Below, one piece after another: positions 8,880 through 18,971 of a stretch of 48,963 bases of DNA. Numbering within the stretch: position 1 is the first letter of the stretch; every line of letters begins with the position of its first letter. The position numbers and the translations under genes are program-made. The notes under the pieces were generated by a model. It was not told the DNA's origin. It made no database searches and saw nothing but the letters and a program-made list of their open reading frames with translations. The stretch spans positions 1 to 48,963 of the forward strand of contig CAJOPC010000021.1 of the NCBI GenBank assembly GCA_905236245.1, in the 5' to 3' direction. The DNA is from an uncultured Alphaproteobacteria bacterium (GTDB taxonomy: Bacteria; Pseudomonadota; Alphaproteobacteria; CAAHEQ01; UBA3637).

Positions 8880-10666
8880 TATTCTTCTCCGATTTTAAGG
8901 GCTTCGATGAAGGCATTTTGAGGAATTTCCACTTCGCCGAATTGACGCATGCGCTTTTTGCCTTCTTTTTGTTTTTCAAGAAGTTTGCGTTTACGCGTAA
9001 TATCTCCACCATAACATTTTGCGGTCACATCTTTGCGGTAGGCGGAGATATCTTCACGGGCAATAATTTTTCCGCCGATACTGGCCTGAATCGGAATCTT
9101 AAATTGGTGGCGTGGGATTAAGTCTTTTAGACGGGCACAGATTTGGCGCCCTCGGCGTTCTGCCTGTGATCTGTGAACAAGGAAAGCCAGAGCATCCACT
9201 TGTTCCCCATGAACTAAAATATTCACGCGCACTAAATCACTTGCCCGATAATCATCCACTTCGTAATCAAAGCTGGCATAACCGCGCGAGATAGATTTCA
9301 ATCGATCGTAAAAATCAAACACAATTTCATTTAACGGCAATCGATACACGGCCATAGCACGATTGCCAACATAGGTTAAATCCAATTGTTCGCCACGGCG
9401 TTCAGTGCATAGTTGTAAAATGCTGCCCAAATATTCATCCGGTGTCAAAATTGTGGCCTTTACCCAGGGTTCTTCAATTTTACGAATTGTTGTTAAATCA
9501 GGCATGTCGGCTGGATTGTGCATAACAAGCATTTCCCCGTTTGTTTTATAGACCTTATAAGCCACGGAAGGGGCCGTTGTAATTAAATCCAAATTGAATT
9601 CACGGGACAGGCGTTCTTGAATAATTTCCATATGGAGGAGCCCCAAAAAGCCACAGCGGAAGCCTTGTCCAAGAGCCATAGATTTATCGGGTGTGAATTG
9701 GAAACTTGCATCATTCAATTGCAACTTCCCAATCGCTTCTTTTAGGTTTTCATAGTCACTCATATCCACAGGGAACATAGAGCAGAACACAACACTTTGA
9801 CTGGGTTTAAAACCTGGCAAAGCCTCTTTGCAAGGATTTTTTTCGTGTGTAATTGTATCACCTACTTTTGTTTCACCAATAGTTTTCACACCACAAATCA
9901 CAAAACCAAGTTCGCCCGCGGTAATGCTGTCTGAATCTTGCATTTTTGGAGTAAAGTATCCCAAGCGTTCTACCTTGTAAGTCGCGCCCGTGGACATAAA
10001 TTGAATCTGATCGTTTTTCTTTAATGCTCCGTCCACTACGCGCACCAACACCACAATGCCTAAATAGGCATCATACCAAGAATCCACAAGCATTGCCTTT
10101 AATGGTGCGTTGGCGTCGCCCTGTGGGGGCGGTAAACGTTTGACAATTACATCCAATACTTCGTCAATGCCAATGCCTGTTTTGGCGGAAATTAGGGGCG
10201 CTCCTGTTGTGTCTAAACCAATCACATCTTCGATTTGTTTTTTCACTTTATCGGGATCGGCGGCTGGTAAATCAATTTTGTTGATGACCGGCACAATTTC
10301 ATGATTTGCATCCAAAGCTTTATACACATTGGCTAATGTTTGTGCCTCCACACCTTGTGTTGCATCCACAACCAACAAAGATCCTTCGCAAGCGTGCAAA
10401 GAACGACTAACCTCATAGCCAAAGTCCACATGTCCCGGCGTGTCAATTAAATTCAAAATATAATCGCCATATTTAAGGCGCACCGTTTGTGCTTTAATTG
10501 TAATGCCGCGCTCGCGTTCAATATCCATATTGTCCAAAATTTGAGCCTTCATTTCGCGATCGGACACGGCGCCACACTTTTGAATCAAGCGATCTGCTAA
10601 TGTAGATTTGCCGTGATCAATATGTGCCACGATGGAAAAATTACGAATATGCGATAAATCAATCAT
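8879..10666 (-). CDS. lepA: Elongation factor 4 (LepA)
   Basis: [34 protein letters not shown] and KCYGGD motifs. Confidence 0.98.
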   Translation of the reverse strand: MIDLSHIRNFSIVAHIDHGKSTLADRLIQKCGAVSDREMKAQILDNMDIERERGITIKAQTVRLKYGDYILNLIDTPGHVDFGYEVSRSLHACEGSLLVVDATQGVEAQTLANVYKALDANHEIVPVINKIDLPAADPDKVKKQIEDVIGLDTTGAPLISAKTGIGIDEVLDVIVKRLPPPQGDANAPLKAMLVDSWYDAYLGIVVLVRVVDGALKKNDQIQFMSTGATYKVERLGYFTPKMQDSDSITAGELGFVICGVKTIGETKVGDTITHEKNPCKEALPGFKPSQSVVFCSMFPVDMSDYENLKEAIGKLQLNDASFQFTPDKSMALGQGFRCGFLGLLHMEIIQERLSREFNLDLITTAPSVAYKVYKTNGEMLVMHNPADMPDLTTIRKIEEPWVKATILTPDEYLGSILQLCTERRGEQLDLTYVGNRAMAVYRLPLNEIVFDFYDRLKSISRGYASFDYEVDDYRASDLVRVNILVHGEQVDALAFLVHRSQAERRGRQICARLKDLIPRHQFKIPIQASIGGKIIAREDISAYRKDVTAKCYGGDITRKRKLLEKQKEGKKRMRQFGEVEIPQNAFIEALKIGEE

Positions 10667-10672
10667 AGGCAA

Positions 10673-10701
10673 ATTATAGCTGATTTTATTATAAAAATCA
10701 A
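10673..10701 (-). promoter_or_regulatory. Sigma70 promoter implying a leaderless lepA transcript
   Basis: Minus strand TTGATT, 17 bp, TATAAT, then 6 nt to ATG; no SD sequence. Confidence 0.6.
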
Positions 10702-10711
10702 TAGTGTGACA

Positions 10712-11551
10712 CTATGATTGATGCTTGACAATATTGACCATATTTGACATAAGCATTGCGACGGTCATGGGACCTACACCGCCCGGAACAGGCGTTAGCC
10801 AGCCGGCTCTGCCAAGAGCGGACTCTGAGTCCACATCACCTGTAATGCGGCTGTCTTTTGTGCGAGAAATGCCGACGTCAATGACTACGGCTCCGGGTTT
10901 TATAAAATCCCGTTTAATAAGTCCTGGGACGCCGGTTGCAGATACCAAAACATCTGCAGAGGCGCAAAGTTCCATTAGATTTTGAGTATATGTATGGGCT
11001 TGGGCAACTGTGCAATTTTCATTGAGTAAAAGTTGGGCCATCGGCCGTCCAACTAAACGAGAACGTCCCACCACAACGGCATTTAATCCAGTTAGAATTG
11101 GACGCGCTTGGTGAATTAAAGCCAGGCAGCCAAGAGGCGTACAGGGCATAATCGTTGGATGACCAGTCATAAGGCCACCTAGATTTTTTGTGGTCAGTCC
11201 ATCTGCATCTTTCTTTGGGTCAATTGTTTCAATGACGGCATCTGTATCAATATGTTCGGGTAATGGTAATTGGATCAATATTCCGTCAACGGATCTATCT
11301 TGATTCAATGTATGAATTGTTTCCATCAATTGCGCTGTGGAGATTTTGTCGGAAAGATGATAAATATTTGCTTCTATTCCAATAGAAGATGCAACGCGTG
11401 TTTTCATATTGATGTATATTGTGCTGGCAGCATTTTCTCCCAAAACGACAACTGCCAAAGTTGGCACATGCGAAAGGGTGCTGATTTCAGACCGTAATTT
11501 TTGATAAATATTTTGGGCAAGCAGCCGCCCATCTAATCGAATTGTTTCCAT
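10712..11551 (-). CDS. folD: Bifunctional methylene-THF dehydrogenase/cyclohydrolase
   Basis: GILIQLPLP, KDADG, PCTP, GRSRLVGRP and TPVPGGVGPMT motifs. Confidence 0.96.
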   Translation of the reverse strand: METIRLDGRLLAQNIYQKLRSEISTLSHVPTLAVVVLGENAASTIYINMKTRVASSIGIEANIYHLSDKISTAQLMETIHTLNQDRSVDGILIQLPLPEHIDTDAVIETIDPKKDADGLTTKNLGGLMTGHPTIMPCTPLGCLALIHQARPILTGLNAVVVGRSRLVGRPMAQLLLNENCTVAQAHTYTQNLMELCASADVLVSATGVPGLIKRDFIKPGAVVIDVGISRTKDSRITGDVDSESALGRAGWLTPVPGGVGPMTVAMLMSNMVNIVKHQS

Positions 11552-11555
11552 TTTT

Positions 11556-12446
11556 TTACTCTTTCTTTTCTATTGTGGATTTTCGAGTTGCTTCTGCCAA
11601 TAGGCGCCTGGATAAAAGATCCAGTTGCTCGATTTCCAATTGTGTTTTTACTTGTTCTTTTGTTGGCATGACTTGCTGTGTTTTCAAATCACATTTCATC
11701 ATAACCAATATCCCCTTTGGTGTTTGCATAGGCCCTAATGTTTCTCCTACTGCAATATCGCTTAATAAATCATAAAGTTCCGGTGGAAATTGTTTTGGAT
11801 CAACCCAACCTCGTTGCGCTGACTCCGGATAAGGTCCTATTTTAATGTGCTCTAAAAATGCGTCACAAGTTTTTGATTCCAATGTTGTTGAAACATTCAC
11901 ATTTTCCGGAAAAACACCTTGGGCAATTTCCCATAAAGTGATATGGTCGCCTTTAATTCCTTGGGATTTTAATTCTTTGCGCATGGCCTGATATCTTTTA
12001 TCAACAGCCAAATCAGAGACCTTTAAATCGGCGGCATGGCTGTGTAAATATTGCAACCACAGCAAATCGGCCTCCACCTGATCAATCATGGTTTTTAAAG
12101 GAACGCCGTTTTTATTTAAAAAATTCGGAAGATCCCCTTGTTTTAGTCCGTTTTGTTGTTCCAAATGATTCAGGGCATTTTGTAAATCTTGTTTAGACGC
12201 TTTTGCCCCAGCAGCAATAGCAGTTTGTTTTTTGATTGTTGATTCTATTAAATTGTCCAAAACTTGTTTTTGAAATTTCTTTTCTTCCATGCGATCATAA
12301 ACTTGCGGTTGTTGCATTTTAAGTAACTTTCCCCAATTTTTGACGTCCAAGTCGGACAGAGGCGTATCATTAACTGTCGCCTTTAATTCCATGGCCATGG
12401 TCGTTCCAGAGATGAGCAGCCATAATGTAAGAATTAAATATCTCAT
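11556..12446 (-). CDS. surA: SurA-family periplasmic chaperone (divergent PPIase domain)
   Basis: Signal peptide, ATVND.P.S..D SurA N-domain, GWV...PP.L and GPMQTPKG parvulin remnant; follows lptD. Confidence 0.78.
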   Translation of the reverse strand: MRYLILTLWLLISGTTMAMELKATVNDTPLSDLDVKNWGKLLKMQQPQVYDRMEEKKFQKQVLDNLIESTIKKQTAIAAGAKASKQDLQNALNHLEQQNGLKQGDLPNFLNKNGVPLKTMIDQVEADLLWLQYLHSHAADLKVSDLAVDKRYQAMRKELKSQGIKGDHITLWEIAQGVFPENVNVSTTLESKTCDAFLEHIKIGPYPESAQRGWVDPKQFPPELYDLLSDIAVGETLGPMQTPKGILVMMKCDLKTQQVMPTKEQVKTQLEIEQLDLLSRRLLAEATRKSTIEKKE

Positions 12447-15400
12447 TCGCCGAGTCCTCCTAAAGTTTTTAACAAAAGTTTGAACACAATAGATGTGCTA
12501 CCTTTATAGTTTCTGTCCCTTGCATATGATTTGGACACATTCATTGAGACAGCAGTACACTCATTATCATAGCGTAATTGCCATCCATATTCAATAGGGC
12601 CGCCGTGTTTTTTTAGGTTATAACGGTAATATCCGGAAGTTTGCCAGTTTTTAGTTAGTTGCGAGGATGCATTAAAACGAATTTCATCTTCTTCGTCATA
12701 ATATTTGTCATCCAACACATAGCTAGCTTGATATAGATAATTGATGCCAAGACGTAAAGGATCATTTCCTACTTGGAAGCCAACGTCATTTTTGCGTTTT
12801 GAAAAATTCTTTTGATCCAATCTGAAACGATAAGAAAGGTTCATATATTGATAGTTCATTTGAACATGTCCTACGTAATCAGATAGGTGATTGCTATAGC
12901 CCATAACGTCACTCAGTTCATCATTTGCGTGTAATCGATAGACTTGTCCGAATAAGAAGGAAAAAGAGCGCGTTCTGTTTTCATTGTGATAAGCTGTCCA
13001 TTGGAAACCATAATTGACGCGGTTGCCATATTCAATACGATCATAACCGGCAAATCGATTTTCGGAAAATAAATTCGTATCATCAAAGTCAAAGATACTA
13101 CTGTCTATATTGGGAATTTCAGATGAATTTTTTGAATTGGGTGAGGCAATTAACATCACGATGGGTTCAAATATTTGTGTGGTAGATTCTGTATACATGC
13201 CCAACGGATAGCTGATTTTTGTTGAAGCAATAGGTGAGAATCGTCCTTTATTAAAGGAGTCTTGTTGATTTCGAGTAGAAACCAAAGTATCTCTGTTTAT
13301 GTTTAACGCATATCCGTCTAAGCGCACGCTTGCTCTTGTTTTGGTCACAAGCCCGAATCCTGTGGTATAAGGAAGCTCAAAACCTTGAATACCTGATAAT
13401 CTGTTAGATTTTAAATGTGTCCGTGTGTTATACATAGCAGCATTTATTTTTGTGAAAGCAATTAATCCAGAATCTGTCAGAGGAGCGGTTGTATAATTGC
13501 TATCAACCGTAGGAATGACAATAGGAATTGATTCACTGTTGACCCCGTTTACCAAACTTTGAAAATGCCAAGCTTTTGCTTGTGTGTAAAAACGGGTTCC
13601 AAAATATTCTGCCGTCAAATGGGAACGCAAGAAAGATTCCGAATCGTCAACATTAGGGATGGTATATCGTCTGAAATATGTATCATTGATTGTTCGGAAA
13701 TATTGTCCGGAAAGACGTAAATTTTCTGTTGTATCATATTCAAAATTTGTTTTAATGTGCCCTTGTTTGGCAGAATCATTATCTTTTGTTCCGCTGAGTT
13801 GTAAATTCACAATGCCTTTTGTAAAACGCCCGGAATAATCAATAATCCCCAGTGGTAAGTGATTAAAAGATATCTCCGGTGTAAATAATAAATTTTGATT
13901 TTGTGCAAGATTTACAAAAAACGGTGTTTCAATTGCCAATCCCATTTCTCGGGTATGTCGAATGGCTGGTGCTAAAAATCCCGTTTTCCTTTTAATGGTC
14001 ATATCTGGAATTTGAAAATAGGGAAAATATAAAATAGGAAAGTCCATAATATCTAAGAACATATGATTAAAAGACAAAGTATGATCCGTAAAATCCTGGG
14101 TAATTTTTTTTGCTCCGATTTGCCATAATGGAGCTTCTCCCTGACAAACATGACAAGGTGTATAAGTTGCTTCCTGCAAGATAATGATGTTTCCATCTGA
14201 AGTGTGCATCTTCTCTGCGCTTAATAAACTGCCATCAGTAAATTGATTGGTAATGGAGTTGGCTTCTGCCTTTGATTGTTTAGGCGACAATGTCATGTTT
14301 TCAACAGTAGATTGTGTGCCGTCCGCCAAAGATAGTTGTGTTTTGTGAGGCACTAAAACTTCGTCTTTTTCTTTGTTGTAAAGAATTTTATCTGTTTTAA
14401 TTTTCAATTGATCTTGTCGTAAGATCACATTCCCTGTCGCGGTTATGATATTCTTATGCGCATCATAACTCATGTGATCTGCTTCAAAATCTATAGGAGC
14501 TTTTGGGTTTATGTGATCTAAATTAATTTTTGGAACCGCAAAACTAGGAGAGGCAAGGCCTATTACTGCCAGAAAAACACTCAAAGAAATAAATCCCATT
14601 TTGCGTTCTTTTATGAGGACAAAATACAATACAATAAGCGGAATAAATAAGTTTGAAGCCATCAAAATAATCCCCCACAAATTACGCACGGCTATATTTT
14701 CAAAAGCCAGTGAAAATGATTGTAGCAGTAATGCGCAAAAAATGATAGCATTAATTTGTTTGGATTGTCCGCGACGATTGTAAAAACCATGTAAAACACC
14801 AAAAGCGGCCAGCCATAAAAACAGCAAATTATATAATGGTTGAGTTAAACGTTTAAAGGCTTCTACTTTGCATTTGCGGTAGAGTGGAGCATCCGGTATC
14901 ATCTCGGGAGTTACTTGAATTAATTGCTTCAATGTCATTTCTCGAGGATCCATCTTATGTTTTGATTTGCCCGCTTTGTCTGAAAAGAGCATAGTATATT
15001 TATCAAATTTTAAAATGGAAAACTGTTGTGTTTGCGGCGTGTATTCTTGGCGAATACCATTGTTAAATGTGAGGCTGATGCCTTCGGGAGTTTGCATCAT
15101 AGAACCTTCGCGGGCAATTAAAGTGGATTTTTTATCATCTTTCATTTCATAAGCTAAAATACCACGCACCTTGCCGGAATTTTCTCGTTCTCTGATATAC
15201 AGGGTTGAGCCGTTTTTAAAAGAAGTAAATTGGCCTTCTTGTAATAATAAGTGAGAAAGATTGTTTTGAATTTGCCATCGAATTTCTTTGCGTTCATTAA
15301 AGGATTTGGGAATAATGTAAAGTGTTAAAAAATAACCTCCGATAATCAACAGAAAAGCTAAAAATTGTAAAGGTTTTAAAAGTTGTTTGCTGCTCATGCC

Positions 15401-15676
15401 AACGGCCTTTAATACAATCAATTCTTTGTCTGCTTGCATGCGGATAAAAACAAACAAAACGACACCGAATAAAGCCAGTGGTGATAGAATTTGTAAAAAG
15501 TTTGGTAAGACTAAAAGCGTCATTTTTAAAAAGATTCCAACAGAAACACCCTTTGTGACAATCATGTCAATCATGCGCAAAGATTGTGTCAGCCAAATCA
15601 AAGTCGTCAAGCTGATTAAAATCGCAAGAAAGCCGATTAAAGTTTGCTTAAAAATATAAGTGTTTACTGTTTTCAT
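12443..15676 (-). CDS. lptF-lptD: In-frame fusion of LptF permease (aa 1-~355) and LPS-assembly protein LptD (aa ~360-1077)
   Basis: LptF: YIFKQ, WLTQSLR, DKELIVLKAVGMS and six TM helices. LptD: FEADHMSYD jellyroll, YTPCHVC, RKTGFLAP, NRFAGYDRIE, YDNEC and LKTLG C-terminus. No stop at the junction. Confidence 0.88.
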   Translation of the reverse strand: MKTVNTYIFKQTLIGFLAILISLTTLIWLTQSLRMIDMIVTKGVSVGIFLKMTLLVLPNFLQILSPLALFGVVLFVFIRMQADKELIVLKAVGMSSKQLLKPLQFLAFLLIIGGYFLTLYIIPKSFNERKEIRWQIQNNLSHLLLQEGQFTSFKNGSTLYIRERENSGKVRGILAYEMKDDKKSTLIAREGSMMQTPEGISLTFNNGIRQEYTPQTQQFSILKFDKYTMLFSDKAGKSKHKMDPREMTLKQLIQVTPEMIPDAPLYRKCKVEAFKRLTQPLYNLLFLWLAAFGVLHGFYNRRGQSKQINAIIFCALLLQSFSLAFENIAVRNLWGIILMASNLFIPLIVLYFVLIKERKMGFISLSVFLAVIGLASPSFAVPKINLDHINPKAPIDFEADHMSYDAHKNIITATGNVILRQDQLKIKTDKILYNKEKDEVLVPHKTQLSLADGTQSTVENMTLSPKQSKAEANSITNQFTDGSLLSAEKMHTSDGNIIILQEATYTPCHVCQGEAPLWQIGAKKITQDFTDHTLSFNHMFLDIMDFPILYFPYFQIPDMTIKRKTGFLAPAIRHTREMGLAIETPFFVNLAQNQNLLFTPEISFNHLPLGIIDYSGRFTKGIVNLQLSGTKDNDSAKQGHIKTNFEYDTTENLRLSGQYFRTINDTYFRRYTIPNVDDSESFLRSHLTAEYFGTRFYTQAKAWHFQSLVNGVNSESIPIVIPTVDSNYTTAPLTDSGLIAFTKINAAMYNTRTHLKSNRLSGIQGFELPYTTGFGLVTKTRASVRLDGYALNINRDTLVSTRNQQDSFNKGRFSPIASTKISYPLGMYTESTTQIFEPIVMLIASPNSKNSSEIPNIDSSIFDFDDTNLFSENRFAGYDRIEYGNRVNYGFQWTAYHNENRTRSFSFLFGQVYRLHANDELSDVMGYSNHLSDYVGHVQMNYQYMNLSYRFRLDQKNFSKRKNDVGFQVGNDPLRLGINYLYQASYVLDDKYYDEEDEIRFNASSQLTKNWQTSGYYRYNLKKHGGPIEYGWQLRYDNECTAVSMNVSKSYARDRNYKGSTSIVFKLLLKTLGGLGE

Positions 15677-16603
15677 CTATTTATCCTTGTCGCTATTATA
15701 CGCTAAAGGATGAGAATTTTCAATGACCTTTTTTAATCTGTCTGGTAAAATGTGGGTGTAAATTTCTGTGGTTGTAATATCCGAATGGCCCAAGAGCTTT
15801 TGAACAGAGCGAAGGTCTGCATCGTGTGCAATCAGATGTGACGCAAAGGAGTGTCGGAAAACGTGGGGTGAGACGGAACTTGATTTTACGCCGGCCGAAT
15901 CGGCTAATTTTTTAAGTTCTTTGAAAAAGGCACCGCGGGTCAAATGTCCTTGTTTTGATTTTGTTGATGGGAAAAGCCATTTGTTTTTATCTGCTCGCGG
16001 AATTGTGTTGGGACGAACAGCAAGCCAACAATCTAAGGCCCCTTGGGCTTTTTCATTTAAAGGGACAATGCGTTCTTTGTTTCCTTTGCCCATGATGTAA
16101 ATATGTTTTTTTTCACGCATAACTGCTTCCATGGGAAGGCCGACAAGCTCGCTTACACGCATGCCGGAGGCATATAAAACTTCCAATAGCGCGCGCAATT
16201 CGGGGCCGGTTGCTTCAGCCGCATTGATCAATGCTGTGATATCATCTTCGGAAAGGTATTTTGGCAGTGGTTTTTGGGTTTTGGGTGATTGTAGGTAATC
16301 TGTTGGATTTTTGGTAATTTGATTTTCAGAATATAAAAAACGATAAAATTCGCGCATGCTGGAAATGCGACGGCTTTGAGTTTTTACGGCATAGCCTTGA
16401 TTCGTTATAAAGGCTAAATACTCTCTTAAATCTTGGATGGAAGCATCTTTTAATGAAATTCCTTTTTGGTGCAAGAAATCATTGAGTATTTCCAGATCAC
16501 GCCTGTAAGCTTCCAAAGTATTTCGGGCGGCCCCGCATTCGGCCGCTTGCATTTCCAAAAATGCTTCAATTTCTGGAGATATAGCAGGATTATTTTCTTT
16601 CAT
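15677..16603 (-). CDS. xerD: Tyrosine recombinase XerD
   Basis: NTLEAYRRDL, LYASGMRVSEL, GKGNKER, PHVFRHSFASH and LGHSDITTTEIYTH. Confidence 0.93.
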   Translation of the reverse strand: MKENNPAISPEIEAFLEMQAAECGAARNTLEAYRRDLEILNDFLHQKGISLKDASIQDLREYLAFITNQGYAVKTQSRRISSMREFYRFLYSENQITKNPTDYLQSPKTQKPLPKYLSEDDITALINAAEATGPELRALLEVLYASGMRVSELVGLPMEAVMREKKHIYIMGKGNKERIVPLNEKAQGALDCWLAVRPNTIPRADKNKWLFPSTKSKQGHLTRGAFFKELKKLADSAGVKSSSVSPHVFRHSFASHLIAHDADLRSVQKLLGHSDITTTEIYTHILPDRLKKVIENSHPLAYNSDKDK

Positions 16604-16733
16604 GCGTTATGACGATCTCTTGTTCCTTTTCTGATGGTGAAAAGTCACATATGGCAAAAAAGGTTGCAACGGCCCCTAAGATTAAAGCGACCACTTTGGT
16701 GATGATATGATTGTTTTTATCTGTAGATTTCAT
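16590..16733 (-). CDS. 47-aa single-TM small protein upstream of xerD (not in the ORF track)
   Basis: AGGAG RBS, MKSTDKNNHIITKVVALILGAVATFFAICDFSPSEKEQEIVITHERK*; overlaps the xerD start. Confidence 0.7.
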   Translation of the reverse strand: MKSTDKNNHIITKVVALILGAVATFFAICDFSPSEKEQEIVITHERK

Positions 16734-16785
16734 CTTTTCTCCTTCTTTCTGGACAAACAATAAAATTTATGCTATATAATTTAGC

Positions 16786-17355
16786 ATGACTCAAAAATTA
16801 TTACAACCCAAAATCTTATTGCTTGTCGGCATGATGGGTGTTGGCAAGACAAGTGTCGGGCGTTTGTTAGCCCGTAAGTTAAAGTTGCCCTTTTTGGATT
16901 CGGACAAAGAAATTGAACGGATGACGGGTTTTTCGATTTCCGATTTGTTTGCGCGTTATGGTGAAGCAGAGTTTCGGTTGGGTGAAGAAAAAGTGATGGA
17001 AAGATTACTTCATGGAGGTCCTTGTGTTTTGTCTTCGGGCGGTGGCGCCTTTTTGTCGGCTAAAACACGGAAATTATCCAAAGAAACGGCTGTGTCGGTA
17101 TGGTTAAAGGCTGGCGCCGAAGTGATTTCCGGCCGGACTCAAGGAAGAACACATCGCCCCTTGGTGCCTTCGGCGGACAATCAACAAGTTATCGAAAGAT
17201 TATTAAAGGAATGTTATCCTCTATATGCAGAAGCGGATTTAACCATTGAATCATACAATGAACATCCATCCAAAACGGTTGTTCGATTGTTGCGTGCCTT
17301 AGAGCAAAATGAAATTATTTCCCCGTATGTATCTCCTCGGGTAAGGAATAAATAA
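16786..17355 (+). CDS. aroK: Shikimate kinase
   Basis: GMMGVGKT P-loop, DSD, GEAEFR, SGGG and RPL motifs. Confidence 0.93.
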   Translation: MTQKLLQPKILLLVGMMGVGKTSVGRLLARKLKLPFLDSDKEIERMTGFSISDLFARYGEAEFRLGEEKVMERLLHGGPCVLSSGGGAFLSAKTRKLSKETAVSVWLKAGAEVISGRTQGRTHRPLVPSADNQQVIERLLKECYPLYAEADLTIESYNEHPSKTVVRLLRALEQNEIISPYVSPRVRNK

Positions 17356-18611
17356 TGGCGTGGATTATTTTGTTTTTTTTATTGTTGGGTTCATTTTATT
17401 TTTCCGGAACGGAAACGGCCGTAACAGCAGTATCAAAGCCTTTATTACATGAGCAGGCAAAGCGAGGCAATAAATGGGCCGCAAAATTATTAGAGTTGAA
17501 AAGCAATTCCCCGCTTGTTTTGGGAACATTGTTGTTTGGAAATAACATTGTGAATATTGCTTTTACCGCAATTTCAACGGGATTGTTGGTTGAATGGTTT
17601 GGTCCGCATTATGGCGTTTTGATATCGACTTTTGTTGTCAGTTTGATTGTGATGGTTTTTGCCGAGATTTTGCCTAAAACGTATGCCATGAACAACTCTT
17701 TGCCGGTAGCTTTAAAAATGACCCCTGTTTTGTCGGTTTTCGTTTTTATTTTAAAGCCGGCCGTTCGGGCATTGAATTGGTGGAGTAAAAAGGCAATGAT
17801 TTTATTGCCAAAAGCAAAAATTCAATCGGATCCAAATGAACGCTTAAAGGCGGAAATTCGTGGGGCCTTGGCCATGCAAGGAGCAAATGTTTTACCCCAG
17901 GAAAAAGGTATGTTAAAAAGTGTGTTAGATTTGGACGAAGTGAGCGTTGGGGATATTAAAGTGCATAGATCAAAAGTCGTGTTATTAAATGCCAATATGC
18001 CGCCCGCAGATATTATTAAATTTGTGATTAATACATCATATAGTCGTATTCCTGTATATAAAGGTCGTCGTGATAATATTATCGGAATCTTGCATATTAA
18101 AATGCTTATGAAAATGATGCCGTTGATTTATAGCCGAAAACGGAAATTTAATTTGCTAGATTGTTGCACAAAACCATGGTTTGTTTTAAACACGGTTTCT
18201 TTGCTGGATCAGCTTATTGCTTTTAAAAAACGTCGTGAACATTTTGCGGTTATTGTGAATGAGTATGGTGATTGGGAAGGCATTTTAACATTAGAGGATC
18301 TTTTGGAAGAAATTGTGGGAGATATTTCGGATGAAACTGATAAGATTGAAGAATCTACTTTTTCTTGGGAACGCACTGCAAACGGAGGTTATTTGTTGGA
18401 TGGTGCGGTGACTATTCGTGATATTAACAGGCATTTTCATTGGGAATTAAGTGATGAGGATGCAGCAACTTTGGCCGGATATGTTATGTATTATCTCGAG
18501 CGTATTCCCAATAAAGGACAAACATTTGATATTGCAGGATGGCAATTTACGATTATAGAAAAAGACCATAATCAATTAAAGAAAATTGAGGTTGTGCCAC
18601 CTTCGTTATAA
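17355..18611 (+). CDS. HlyC/CorC (CNNM-CBS-CorC) family Mg/Co transport protein
   Basis: FSGTETA, GNNIVN, AEILPK, YSRIPVY, LEDLLEEIVG and CorC C-domain. Confidence 0.92.
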   Translation: MAWIILFFLLLGSFYFSGTETAVTAVSKPLLHEQAKRGNKWAAKLLELKSNSPLVLGTLLFGNNIVNIAFTAISTGLLVEWFGPHYGVLISTFVVSLIVMVFAEILPKTYAMNNSLPVALKMTPVLSVFVFILKPAVRALNWWSKKAMILLPKAKIQSDPNERLKAEIRGALAMQGANVLPQEKGMLKSVLDLDEVSVGDIKVHRSKVVLLNANMPPADIIKFVINTSYSRIPVYKGRRDNIIGILHIKMLMKMMPLIYSRKRKFNLLDCCTKPWFVLNTVSLLDQLIAFKKRREHFAVIVNEYGDWEGILTLEDLLEEIVGDISDETDKIEESTFSWERTANGGYLLDGAVTIRDINRHFHWELSDEDAATLAGYVMYYLERIPNKGQTFDIAGWQFTIIEKDHNQLKKIEVVPPSL

Positions 18612-18971
18612 TCGCCAAGCCTCTTTGATGTGTTGTGGCAAAAAGGTATTATCAAATAAAACTGCATCAAAACGAATATCATAGGTTTGATATAATGGAT
18701 GTTTTGCAATGAAAACTTCTGCTGCCTTGGCGATTCGTTTTTTTGATTTTGATGTAATGGCTTCTCCCGCAGTCATTTTATCTTGTCTTTTTTTAACTTC
18801 AATAAAAATGAGTGTCTTTCTTTTTTCCATAATCAGGTCTATTTCGCTTGCGCCAGTGCCACGACCGGTGACGTAATTCATTTGAATTAAACGATATCCT
18901 TTGAAACGCAAAAACCAAAGCGCAATTTTTTCGGAAAAGTGACCGATCTTATAATTTGTTTTCTTTTTCAT
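18606..18971 (-). CDS. yraN: YraN (UPF0102) nuclease-like protein
   Basis: G..SE..A..FL..KGY, EIDLI, FIEVK.R and IRFDAV. Confidence 0.9.
   Translation of the reverse strand: MKKKTNYKIGHFSEKIALWFLRFKGYRLIQMNYVTGRGTGASEIDLIMEKRKTLIFIEVKKRQDKMTAGEAITSKSKKRIAKAAEVFIAKHPLYQTYDIRFDAVLFDNTFLPQHIKEAWRL

Noticed and set aside
15677-16603. Tyrosine recombinase as integrase of a T4SS-bearing ICE
   Set aside because: Sequence and aroK-linked context match housekeeping XerD; it is 9 kb from the locus with core genes in between
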